Source: Bdellovibrionota bacterium (lineage in GTDB: Bacteria > Bdellovibrionota_C > UBA2361 > JBIKWN01). From it: a stretch of DNA of 49,534 nt. Positions 21,046 to 29,992 of the stretch are shown piece by piece. Every line of letters begins with the position of its first letter. Positions within the stretch are counted from its first letter, which is position 1. Below the pieces are notes generated by a model. That model did no database searches, was not told the DNA's origin, and saw only the letters and a list, made by a program, of their open reading frames with translations. The position numbers and the translations under genes are program-made. The DNA lies in assembly GCA_044356295.1 (NCBI GenBank), contig JBIKWN010000014.1:1-49534 (forward strand), given 5' to 3'.

Positions 21046-21423
21046 TTAGCTACAACCTCTGTCTCCACCGTTAGCACTATCCCAAGTACAAGTTCTAGCT
21101 GGAGTACCACCAGGGTGCGATGAAGTACCAGTAAAGCTTGTTGCTCCACCAGTTAAACTAAGAACAACACCATTCGATGCTCTGAATCCAGGAAGTGCAG
21201 TTGCACAAGCTGCAGCATCAGCACATGTCGCATATGATTCATTCGTTGCAAAGTATGCTTCTTCAGCAGTTGCACCATTTCTTAGATCGCTTCTTGCACG
21301 CGCATCGAATCCTCTTTGTCTGTAGCTAGAAAACTGTGGAATTGCAATTGCTGCAAGGATTCCGATGATTGCTACTACGACAAGTAGTTCGATAAGTGTA
21401 AAGCCCTTTTGACCTCTTTTCAT
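21046..21423 (-). CDS. pilA: Type IVa major pilin
   Basis: Class III leader [31 protein letters not shown] with Glu+5; own sigma-54-type promoter and terminator. Confidence 0.95.
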   Translation of the reverse strand: MKRGQKGFTLIELLVVVAIIGILAAIAIPQFSSYRQRGFDARARSDLRNGATAEEAYFATNESYATCADAAACATALPGFRASNGVVLSLTGGATSFTGTSSHPGGTPARTCTWDSANGGDRGCS

Positions 21424-21497
21424 TTTATTCTCCCAAATACGGTTATTCTCTATTCAGGGATGTAAGAGGTACTTACCCTCCCTTCGAATCCCTATAA

Positions 21498-21514
21498 AGC
21501 AATACGGATGCCAA
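21498..21514 (-). promoter_or_regulatory. Sigma-54 (-24/-12) promoter of pilA
   Basis: Minus strand TTGGCAT-CCGTA-TTGCT versus consensus TGGCAC-N5-TTGCW, with correct GG/GC spacing, 75 bp upstream of the pilA ATG. Confidence 0.85.
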
Positions 21515-21561
21515 TCAAAAAAGGTTTAGGATTTATTAGAAAAATTATTAAAATATTGTAA

Positions 21562-21574
21562 TTTCAAATAGTTA
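21562..21574 (+). promoter_or_regulatory. Putative IHF binding site
   Basis: TTTCAAATAGTTA is one mismatch from WATCAANNNNTTR, in an AT-rich tract between the sigma-54 promoter and the upstream repeats. Confidence 0.45.
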
Positions 21575-21611
21575 TATCCAATTTTGCCCCTATCCTCACA
21601 GCTCAATTAGA

Positions 21612-21641
21612 GACAAAATTTGGCTGGTGACAAAAATTGGC
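21612..21641. promoter_or_regulatory. Putative enhancer (UAS) for the PilR-type activator
   Basis: Direct repeats GACAAAATTTGGC (21612-21624) and GACAAAAATTGGC (21629-21641), about 100-130 bp upstream of the -24 element. Confidence 0.55.
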
Positions 21642-21657
21642 GCCCATTTGGTCAAAA

Positions 21658-22284
21658 ATGAAAAAACTCTTTGTATTAAGCTCCTTACTACTTTTTATTA
21701 TTAGCTCTGCAATCTCGCAGACTGCTGTTCTAGATCTTACAGAAAAGAGAGTTCAAGAAAGTAGTAAATCAAAAATCCATGAAGAGCTGTATCTTCCATC
21801 AGGTGATGGACTTTCTCTTTTTTCACTTGGCTTCAAAAATGTCATGGCTGATGTTCTTTGGTTTAGAACGATAAATTACTTTGGGCGAGAGTTTGCAGGA
21901 GATCAAGATTACCGTTTTCTGATTCACTACGTAAATCTTGTAGTCGATTTAAATCCTCGTATGGATTTTGTTTATCAATTTGGGAGCATGATGTTTGCTT
22001 GGGAGTTAAAAGACCCGAAGCAGAGCATTGCTCTGCTGACTAAAGGGATTTATGCCTTACCAGAAAACTGGCTCTTACGTTACTATAGAGGATTCATGTA
22101 CTTTTACTTTTTTAAAGATAACGACAAAGCAATTGAAGATTTTAAAATTGCAGCTCTCAATATAAATGCACATCCAATGATTGCTCGATTGGCTGAAAAA
22201 CTTGACCGAGAAAGCGCACTTGAAACTTTGTCAGAAACTACTGGTGATGTAGCTTTAAAATCATTTCTTCATTCAAAACAGTGA
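21658..22284 (+). CDS. PilG/XapA-like TPR-type pilus accessory protein
   Basis: ADVLWFRTINYFG, VDLNP, KG...LPENW.L..Y.GF..F pattern; precedes an ABC ATPase and permease next to pilA as in Myxococcus pilGHI; ATG at 21658 preferred over TTG at 21637. Confidence 0.7.
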   Translation: MKKLFVLSSLLLFIISSAISQTAVLDLTEKRVQESSKSKIHEELYLPSGDGLSLFSLGFKNVMADVLWFRTINYFGREFAGDQDYRFLIHYVNLVVDLNPRMDFVYQFGSMMFAWELKDPKQSIALLTKGIYALPENWLLRYYRGFMYFYFFKDNDKAIEDFKIAALNINAHPMIARLAEKLDRESALETLSETTGDVALKSFLHSKQ

Positions 22285-23021
22285 ATAATTCATTAACTAT
22301 AAATAATCTTTTCATCTCTTATCGTTCTTCATGGACAGGAAAGAAAACAAACATCATCAATGACGTTTCATTTGTAGTACCATCCGGTGAAGCAGTAGGA
22401 TATTTAGGTGTTAACGGGGCAGGAAAAACCTCAACAATTAAAGCAATTTTAAGTTTAATAACTCAAGATTCAGGCTCAATCGAAATATTTGGCATTCCAT
22501 CCCAAAATGCTCACTCGAGATCGCTGATTGGATATCTTCCAGAGCAGCCCTATTGGTATGAAAATCTGACCGTCAAAGAGACGATTGAATTTTACGGAGC
22601 TCTCTTTGATCTGAGTGCAAAAGAAAGCATGTCACGATCTCAAATTTTAATTGAGCGTCTTGGGCTTTCTCCTAAAATGAATTCTCGAATCAAAAGTCTA
22701 TCTAAGGGGTTAATGCAAAGAGTTGGACTAATTCAAACACTCATTAATCATCCACAACTTTTAATACTTGATGAGCCATTCTCGGGACTAGACCCTCTTG
22801 CTAGAAAACTTTTTCGAGATATCTTCCTTGAAGAAAAAAAGAGGGGCGTCTCTATCCTGATTTCATCACATATACTTCCTGACGTAGAGGCTCTGTGTGA
22901 TAGAGCGCTCATTATTCATAACAAACAAATTCAGGCAGATATAAATCTTCGAACCATCCAAGAAAATCATCAGTCTCTAGAAACGATTTTTACTTCAATA
23001 GCAGGACCAATAGCCGTATGA
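22281..23021 (+). CDS. ABC transporter ATP-binding protein (PilH-like)
   Basis: Walker A GVNGAGKTS, LSKG signature, LLILDEPFSGLDP, SSH. Confidence 0.92.
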   Translation: MNNSLTINNLFISYRSSWTGKKTNIINDVSFVVPSGEAVGYLGVNGAGKTSTIKAILSLITQDSGSIEIFGIPSQNAHSRSLIGYLPEQPYWYENLTVKETIEFYGALFDLSAKESMSRSQILIERLGLSPKMNSRIKSLSKGLMQRVGLIQTLINHPQLLILDEPFSGLDPLARKLFRDIFLEEKKRGVSILISSHILPDVEALCDRALIIHNKQIQADINLRTIQENHQSLETIFTSIAGPIAV

Positions 23022-23797
23022 GTATTCGTCCCCTCACCGCCCAGATATCTATTACTATGAAAGAAATCCTGCGTGGCGGAACGGTTATTGGACTTTTTAT
23101 CGCATGGATACTCTTACTGCTCACTGCAACGGCTTTCGGGTCGGTCAGTATTGGTGAAAGAGTTTTTGTTATTAAAGACTTTGGTTTGTTTTTAACCACA
23201 CTCTCTGTCGTTTGCATTACTTTTATTGCAGGTTCTGGAATACTTTCTAAAGAGATACGCCAAAAAAATATTTATACTGTTCTTTCAAAGCCTATTAGTC
23301 GCTTCTCGTATCTTACTTCAAAATGGCTTGGCCTGTGGATTGTAGGGCTTATCATCAATACAACACTTCACTTTTCATTATGCTTTTACTTATTCTTATT
23401 TGAAGGCTCTTGGCATTTCTCTATTCTTTCAAATATTTTATTTTTAGGAATTGAGGGGCTTATTCTTTCAGCTCTCACTCTTGTCATTGCTAGCCTCTTT
23501 GTAACTCCAATGCTTGTAGGAATTATCACTTTTCTTCTTTTTGTTGTAGGAAGAAATTTGGATACTATTTCAAATTTACTCGAAAAAACCTCAACCGAAT
23601 CAGCTCTTTCTTACATCTTAGAGATCGTCAAATCAGTACTTCCTCACCTGTACCTACTCAACGTTACAAACGACTTAACGTATTCAATAGTACCAAGCCT
23701 AGCAACGATGCTCTCTGCCTCTGTATATGGCTTTTCCTATGCAACTGCTTGTTTCATACTATCTTTATTTATTTTTTCTCGAAGAACCTTTAATTAA
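23018..23797 (+). CDS. ABC transporter permease (PilI-like)
   Basis: Six TM segments, KEI..KNIYTVLSKPISR...L..K.LG motif; overlaps the ATPase stop. Confidence 0.85.
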   Translation: MSIRPLTAQISITMKEILRGGTVIGLFIAWILLLLTATAFGSVSIGERVFVIKDFGLFLTTLSVVCITFIAGSGILSKEIRQKNIYTVLSKPISRFSYLTSKWLGLWIVGLIINTTLHFSLCFYLFLFEGSWHFSILSNILFLGIEGLILSALTLVIASLFVTPMLVGIITFLLFVVGRNLDTISNLLEKTSTESALSYILEIVKSVLPHLYLLNVTNDLTYSIVPSLATMLSASVYGFSYATACFILSLFIFSRRTFN

Positions 23798-23815
23798 ACT
23801 GTCATCAAAATACCC

Positions 23816-24886
23816 ATGCTAAGTAAAGACTCAAAAGAATTCCTTCATCAACTTCTTCTTACCCCATCACCAACTGGATACGAACAAAAAATCCAAGCAG
23901 TGGTTAGAAACCATATGAAAGGGTTTGCTGATTCAATCGAAACTGACCTCCACGGCAACGTCATTGTTGGACTCAATACAAAAGCACCTATCAAAGTCAT
24001 GCTTGCAGGTCACTGCGACCAGATTGGTCTGATGGTAAAGCATATCAATAAAGATGGGTTTATTTATGTCAGCGCTCTTGGTGGCATTGATGTCGGAGTA
24101 TTACCGGGCACACATTTTACTATTCATACAAGTAAAGGTCCTGTTAAAGCTATCGGTGGAAGAAAACCAATCCACGCACAAACAGCAGATGAACGCGGAA
24201 AAGTTCACAGCGATATTGATAAAATTTGGCTCGACATCGGTGCTGATTCTAAAAAAAGTGCTGAAAAAATGGTCGAAATAGGTGATGCAATTACATTTCG
24301 TTTAGAGGTAACGGAGCTTTCAAAAGACTTTGTATCTGCACCTGGACTCGATGATAAAGTTGGTGTCTTTATCGCAATGGAAACTTTAAAGCTCTGCAAA
24401 AAAGCAAAATTAAATGTTGGTGTGTACGCTGCAAGTACTGTTCAAGAAGAAGTAGGACTTCGTGGAGCAAGAACAGCGGCGTATGCAATCGATCCGACTG
24501 TTGGAATAGCAATAGATGTTACTCATGCATCTGATAATCCTGGTTCTACGAATCCAATTGCAACTGAGTGTAAGCTTGGAAAAGGTCCTGGAATTTCAAA
24601 AGGTCCAAATACTAATCCAGTAGTAGAAAAAATGCTTCTTGCTGCGGCAAAGAAAGGAAAGATTCCGTATCAAATTAGTCCATCAGCTTCCCTACTTGGA
24701 AACGATGCTAATGCAATTCAGGTATCACGGGCAGGGGTTGCAACTGCAAGCATAGGAATTCCAAATCGATATATGCATACACAGGTTGAAGTGTGTTCTT
24801 ATAACGACTTACACAACTCTGCTAAACTACTGTTTGAGTTCATTAAATCAATCACTGCAAAGACTGATTTCCGACCAATGTCGTAA
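23816..24886 (+). CDS. M42 family metallopeptidase
   Basis: SPTGYE, AGHCDQIG, LDDKVG, VQEEVGLRGA, IAIDV, PNRYMHT. Confidence 0.95.
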   Translation: MLSKDSKEFLHQLLLTPSPTGYEQKIQAVVRNHMKGFADSIETDLHGNVIVGLNTKAPIKVMLAGHCDQIGLMVKHINKDGFIYVSALGGIDVGVLPGTHFTIHTSKGPVKAIGGRKPIHAQTADERGKVHSDIDKIWLDIGADSKKSAEKMVEIGDAITFRLEVTELSKDFVSAPGLDDKVGVFIAMETLKLCKKAKLNVGVYAASTVQEEVGLRGARTAAYAIDPTVGIAIDVTHASDNPGSTNPIATECKLGKGPGISKGPNTNPVVEKMLLAAAKKGKIPYQISPSASLLGNDANAIQVSRAGVATASIGIPNRYMHTQVEVCSYNDLHNSAKLLFEFIKSITAKTDFRPMS

Positions 24887-24979
24887 TCAGTAAACAGAAT
24901 AGAATTTTTTTGAAAAATTAATTTTTCAAAAACTAGACAGTAACATAAGACAAGCACATGCTTACTATCGGCTTGTCTT

Positions 24980-25195
24980 ATGTCAGAAAATTATAAAAAA
25001 ACATGCGATAAACTTCACGATGAAGCAGTTCTAAAAGGCATAGAATTCTATATCGACCCAAAGACTCAATATCAAGTTTTTACTCGATTGAAGCATCTTG
25101 AAAGGGGACATTGTTGCTCTTCAGATTGTCGGCACTGTCCTTACCCGAAGAACCATACATCTTGTCATAACGATAACGAAACGAACGAAAGTTAA
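24980..25195 (+). CDS. Small Cys-rich protein, DUF5522-like
   Basis: YIDP.T.Y.VFT...[17 protein letters not shown]; 3' end overlaps the convergent activator gene by 116 bp. Confidence 0.75.
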   Translation: MSENYKKTCDKLHDEAVLKGIEFYIDPKTQYQVFTRLKHLERGHCCSSDCRHCPYPKNHTSCHNDNETNES

Positions 25196-26747
25196 TTCCG
25201 AGAAGTTCTGCAGCTTTCTTTTTTACTCCCCCTGATTGCTTCATCGCACGGTCGATATAGCTCTTTTCTAAACTTTCAATAAGCTCTTCAAGATTTACGG
25301 GAAGTGAAACTGAAGATACATCTACGAGATCAGTCATTTTCATCTCTGCATCAAGAGCATCAGTATTCTTGATAGGCGGCACATGATCAGGAAAGATTCC
25401 TTCGTCACCAAAGACAAGTGCTCTCTCTAGAATATTTTCTAATTCTCGTACATTTCCTGGATAATCATAGCTCATTAATCGATTCATCGTAGCAACGGGA
25501 ATCAAAGGCAACTCTTTTCCTTTTTGAAGTTTTGCAAGAATTGTATGAACTAAAATTGGGATATCTTCTTTTCTTTCTAACAGGGAGGGAAGTTGAATGC
25601 CTATTACATTTAATCGGTAATATAAATCTTCTCGAAATCGCCCTGCTTGCACTTCAAGTTTTAAATTCCGATTTGTAGCAGCGATAATACGAACATCGAT
25701 ACAGATATCTTTTGTTCCCCCTACTGGTCGCACTATTCGCTCTTGTAATACTCGAAGTAGTTTTGCTTGAAGGCTCAGTGGAAGCTCTCCGATCTCATCA
25801 AGAAAAATTGTTCCTTTATGGGCTTCAACAAAAAGCCCCATATGATCGCTAATTGCTCCTGTAAAGGAGCCCTTTTTATGACCAAAAAGCTCACTCTCTA
25901 AAAGGTTTTCAGGAATTGCCCCGCAGTTTACAACGACTAAATTTTCATTTGCTCTTGAAGAAAGCCGATGAATTCCTTTTGCAACAACTTCCTTTCCTGT
26001 ACCTGATGGGCCTGTAATAAGGACCGTTGCATCAGTCGGTGCAGCGCGAAACATCAATTCTCGCACTTTTTGTATAACAATACTTTCACCAGTTAATCCT
26101 GAAATTTCATGATGTGTAGCATCGAAACGAGATTTTGCATCGTCAAATTCTGCTTGAACAGTTAAATAACTTTCTACTTCATTGAGACGAATTTTCAACT
26201 GTTCTCTTTCTGAAAGAAGCGTTCTGATTTCTTCTACTTTTCCTGTAAGTGCTTCGTACGCAGCTCTTGATTGCTCAACTATGTATCTGGATGCTACAGA
26301 CACTAAAACAAAGCCACTTCCAACTCCTAACAAGTGGATACCAATAGTTGTTATGTTTGAAGTATTTGTTACTAAAGAAACAAGTGCATAGGCAAGAAAA
26401 GTTATTGTTCCAACAAATAAAATTCGACGTTCAGTCGTATTCGTTGCAAACAACATCATAAGCGGTAGATACAGCACTACGAAAAAGCTTTCATTTATTC
26501 CAGTTAGTAAAATTGCAAAACTATTTAACAAGAGAGAGCACTCGCCGTTGTATTTTGAGATACGTGATCTATTCCCAGCGCATAGGGCAATAGTTAATGT
26601 ATAGAGGGCAACAAAATATATTATATCGATTTTTCCTAGAGGTGCCTGACTTAGATAAATATCTCCCGTAACAAAAAGTGCAGTACAGAACGCAACAACT
26701 TTTCTAATAAGCTGAATACGTTCTGTATAGGAAGTAAGTACTTGCAT
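25080..26747 (-). CDS. Membrane-anchored sigma-54 enhancer-binding protein: PilS-like sensor domain fused to PilR-like AAA+ and HTH domains
   Basis: About 6 N-terminal TM helices with [15 protein letters not shown]; Walker [76 protein letters not shown]. Confidence 0.88.
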   Translation of the reverse strand: MQVLTSYTERIQLIRKVVAFCTALFVTGDIYLSQAPLGKIDIIYFVALYTLTIALCAGNRSRISKYNGECSLLLNSFAILLTGINESFFVVLYLPLMMLFATNTTERRILFVGTITFLAYALVSLVTNTSNITTIGIHLLGVGSGFVLVSVASRYIVEQSRAAYEALTGKVEEIRTLLSEREQLKIRLNEVESYLTVQAEFDDAKSRFDATHHEISGLTGESIVIQKVRELMFRAAPTDATVLITGPSGTGKEVVAKGIHRLSSRANENLVVVNCGAIPENLLESELFGHKKGSFTGAISDHMGLFVEAHKGTIFLDEIGELPLSLQAKLLRVLQERIVRPVGGTKDICIDVRIIAATNRNLKLEVQAGRFREDLYYRLNVIGIQLPSLLERKEDIPILVHTILAKLQKGKELPLIPVATMNRLMSYDYPGNVRELENILERALVFGDEGIFPDHVPPIKNTDALDAEMKMTDLVDVSSVSLPVNLEELIESLEKSYIDRAMKQSGGVKKKAAELLGINFRSFRYRYDKMYGSSGKDSADNLKSNNVPFQDASIE

Positions 26748-26750
26748 GTA

Positions 26751-27971
26751 TTATCCAACAACACTTCCCATTTTAAATATCGGAAGATACATTGCGATAA
26801 CGAGAGCACCAATAATTGTTCCTAATACAAGAATCATTATTGGCTCAATCAGTTGCTTCATTGATCCTACTGCTGTATCAACTTCTTCTTCATAAAAATC
26901 AGCAATCTTGGCAAGCATTGCATCAAGACAACCAGTTTGTTCTCCAACGCCAATCATCTGAGTAACCATTGGTGGAAATACCGCAGAATCCTGCAGTGGC
27001 TCAACCATCGTCTTACCTTCAGAGATTGCAACTCGTGCACGAAGAACGTCTCGCTCAACCACTTTGTTTCCAGCTGTTCTCGCACAGATATTTAAAGCTT
27101 CCATAATTGGAACTCCGGAGCTGACCATCGTACCTAACGTTCTCGTAAAACGTGCGACTGCAACTTTTTTTATAATATTTCCAAATATAGGAAGTTTTAA
27201 TGCAATTGGGTGAATAACTTCTTTTCCTCTTTCAGTTTTTATAAAGCGGAAAAACATCGAAAGCGACAGACCAAGAGATCCAAAAATTAAATACCACCAA
27301 CTTACAAAAAAGTTAGAAAGATTAATAACAATCTGAGTAGGTAAAGGAAGAGCTGAGCCAAAGCCTGAGAATAAATCAGCAAAAGTTGGAATTACGAATA
27401 TAAGAAGAATTGAAGTTACAATACCTGCTGCGCTTACAACAACAGCTGGATAAATCATTGCTGCTTTAATCTCTCTCTTTAAACGCATGGCTTTTTCCAT
27501 GTGCTGAGAAAGTCTTTCTAAAATAACATCTAAAATACCGCCGTTTTCTCCAGCGTTAATCATATTCGTGTAGAGATTATCAAACTGGCGTGGATGTTTT
27601 GCCATCGCTTCCGAAAGTGTACCCCCACTTTCAACATCTTCTTTGATTGCTTTAAGAATTTTTTGAAAGATCTTATTTTCGGTTTGCTTCGCTAAAATAT
27701 CGAGCGCTTGAACCATTGGTAAACCAGAATCGATCATCGTTGCAAACTGCCGTGTAAAAAGGACGATGTCTTTGCCCGATACACCAGAGCCAAACGATGG
27801 CATCTTGATCTCCATCTCAAGACCTTTGCCTTTTTCGCGGATCTTATTCGCAGTAGGTACAATCTTTTGCGCACGAAGAAGGTTAAAGACTGCTTGCATA
27901 TCACGAGCGTCAACTTCTCCTTTTACTAACCTTCCTTGTAGATTCTTGCCTTCCCAAACAAATACAGTCAT
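26751..27971 (-). CDS. pilC: Type IV pilus inner membrane platform protein PilC
   Basis: FTRQFATMIDSGLP, GENGGILD, AMIYP, ARFTRTLGTM, GEQTG.LD.ML, AMYLPIF. Confidence 0.96.
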   Translation of the reverse strand: MTVFVWEGKNLQGRLVKGEVDARDMQAVFNLLRAQKIVPTANKIREKGKGLEMEIKMPSFGSGVSGKDIVLFTRQFATMIDSGLPMVQALDILAKQTENKIFQKILKAIKEDVESGGTLSEAMAKHPRQFDNLYTNMINAGENGGILDVILERLSQHMEKAMRLKREIKAAMIYPAVVVSAAGIVTSILLIFVIPTFADLFSGFGSALPLPTQIVINLSNFFVSWWYLIFGSLGLSLSMFFRFIKTERGKEVIHPIALKLPIFGNIIKKVAVARFTRTLGTMVSSGVPIMEALNICARTAGNKVVERDVLRARVAISEGKTMVEPLQDSAVFPPMVTQMIGVGEQTGCLDAMLAKIADFYEEEVDTAVGSMKQLIEPIMILVLGTIIGALVIAMYLPIFKMGSVVG

Positions 27972-28164
27972 GGGGCCCCTTAAATTCTTGATAAAAAATT
28001 GTTCTCAGTTCCTCAGCTGCCTACATGAATCCTATTGATTTTCTGTAGTTACGTAGGAATTTCCTTGAACACCGTATACGCAAACCTAGGAATCGTATCG
28101 AAAACAATTTTTGTTGATGATCTGAGCCTATTTTTTTCTATGAAAATTTCGTATCTACAGCTTT

Positions 28165-29862
28165 TTAATCGCCAATCGTACAACGAAGCACTTCCTCGAC
28201 TGTTGTCATACCAGATTTTAGTCTCATAAGAGCAGAGGCTCGAAGCGTCATCATCCCTTGAGCAATAGCTTCCTTTTTAATCTCAGAAGCTGGGGCACCT
28301 TTTAGAATTTTTTCTTTAATAGATTCATTCATAACAAGCACTTCATACAGTGCAATTCGACCTTTATAGCCCGTTCCTGAGCATCGTTCACACCCTTTTC
28401 CTTGTCGAAGTTTTATTGTGCTCGCTTCTTCCGCTGAGAGCCCAATCGCTTTTAACATCTCAATATCAGCAACAATATCTTCAGCACACCCGCTACAAAT
28501 TTTTCTAGCTAAGCGTTGTGCTAAGATAGAATTAATAGACGAGGAAACAAGAAACGGCTCTACTCCCATATTCAACACACGATTAATCGTCGACGCGGCA
28601 TCATTTGTATGGAGTGTTGAAAGTACTAAGTGACCGGTGAGTGAAGCCTTGATGGCAATCTCTGCTGTTTCTAAATCGCGGATCTCTCCAACCATGATAA
28701 CGTCAGGATCTTGTCTTAAGAAAGCGCGCAGTGCTGCCGCAAAGTTATACCCGATATCCTCATTCATCTGGGCTTGGTTAATACCCATAAGGTTAAATTC
28801 AACAGGATCTTCTGCGGTTGAAATATTTGTTGCAATTTTATTGAGATCCGCAAGAGCCGAATATAGTGTAGTTGTTTTTCCTGATCCTGTTGGCCCAGTC
28901 ACGAGTACCATTCCATGTGGCTTATGAATCGAAGCAAGAAAATCTGCTAATTGCTTCTCTTCAAATCCGAGTTTGGTCATATCAAGTTGTAGATTAGATT
29001 TATCAAGTAATCTAAGAACTACTTTCTCACCAAAAAGAGTAGGCAAAACGTTAACTCGAAAATCCATCTCGCGCCCATTTCCAATTTTCAACTTAATCCT
29101 TCCATCTTGAGGAAGTCGACGCTCAGCTATATCAAGATCCGCCATGATCTTTAAACGTGAAGTAATAGCAGCTTTAAGCTTCATTGGTGGCTTCATGATT
29201 TCATAAAGCACTCCATCGATACGAAATCTTACTCTGAATGATTTTTCGTATGGCTCTAAGTGAATATCAGAGGCTCCTTTTTTTATTGCATCTGTTAAAA
29301 TTGCATTCACTAATTTAACAACAGGAGCATCTTCTGTTTGACGCTCGAGATCATCGAGCGCTATTTGCTCTTCAGCACTGACCACCGAAACTTCTGTTTC
29401 ATCAAGATCGCCAATAATTTTGTCGTACTGAACCGCACTTTCGTAATATTTTTCTATTGTATTCTTAAGTTCGGTTTCAGTAGTCAATACAACTCGAATA
29501 TCTAATCCGGTAAGGAACTTCACATCATTCATTGCAACAAGATTTGATGGGTCTACCATTGCAACGGTAAGCGTTGAATCTTGTCTGACTATTGGTATAA
29601 GTCCATATTTTGATGCAAGCGTATGAGGAATAAGCTGTATAACAGAATCTTCTATTTTTATATTTGGAAGTTCTATAATTTGAAAACCAAAATGATCACT
29701 TAAAATCTCTGCAACTTGTTTTTCAGAGAGCGCACCTGTCTTAACAAGATGACTTCCAATAAAACCACCACCTGTAGTTTTTTGATTTTCTTGGGCCACA
29801 GAAAGCTGTTCTGGCGTAATTTTACCAGTCTTTACTATTACCTCACCCAGCCTTGCATTCAT
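28165..29862 (-). CDS. pilB: Type IVa pilus extension ATPase PilB
   Basis: N-terminal RLGE MshEN-like start, ASDIHLEP, GPTGSGKTTT, TAEDPVE, LRQDPDVIMVGEIRD, TGHLVLSTLH, Zn-binding CxxC pairs; ATG at 29862 preferred over TTG at 29898. Confidence 0.96.
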   Translation of the reverse strand: MNARLGEVIVKTGKITPEQLSVAQENQKTTGGGFIGSHLVKTGALSEKQVAEILSDHFGFQIIELPNIKIEDSVIQLIPHTLASKYGLIPIVRQDSTLTVAMVDPSNLVAMNDVKFLTGLDIRVVLTTETELKNTIEKYYESAVQYDKIIGDLDETEVSVVSAEEQIALDDLERQTEDAPVVKLVNAILTDAIKKGASDIHLEPYEKSFRVRFRIDGVLYEIMKPPMKLKAAITSRLKIMADLDIAERRLPQDGRIKLKIGNGREMDFRVNVLPTLFGEKVVLRLLDKSNLQLDMTKLGFEEKQLADFLASIHKPHGMVLVTGPTGSGKTTTLYSALADLNKIATNISTAEDPVEFNLMGINQAQMNEDIGYNFAAALRAFLRQDPDVIMVGEIRDLETAEIAIKASLTGHLVLSTLHTNDAASTINRVLNMGVEPFLVSSSINSILAQRLARKICSGCAEDIVADIEMLKAIGLSAEEASTIKLRQGKGCERCSGTGYKGRIALYEVLVMNESIKEKILKGAPASEIKKEAIAQGMMTLRASALMRLKSGMTTVEEVLRCTIGD

Positions 29863-29992
29863 TTCGTATGAAACCCTAAGAGAATCCTTTAGATCCAAGT
29901 AAGAAAATCGACTGTTATTGATAAAACCTTGAATTTTTTGAAGGTTTTTCGAAGAATTGGTTAAATATCGAAAATCATTGATAATTTAGGTA

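Noticed and set aside
27972..28229. pilT remnant or 64-aa ORF in the pilB-pilC gap
   Set aside because: No PilT motifs seen; the ORF is antisense, overlaps the pilB end and has no recognisable features.
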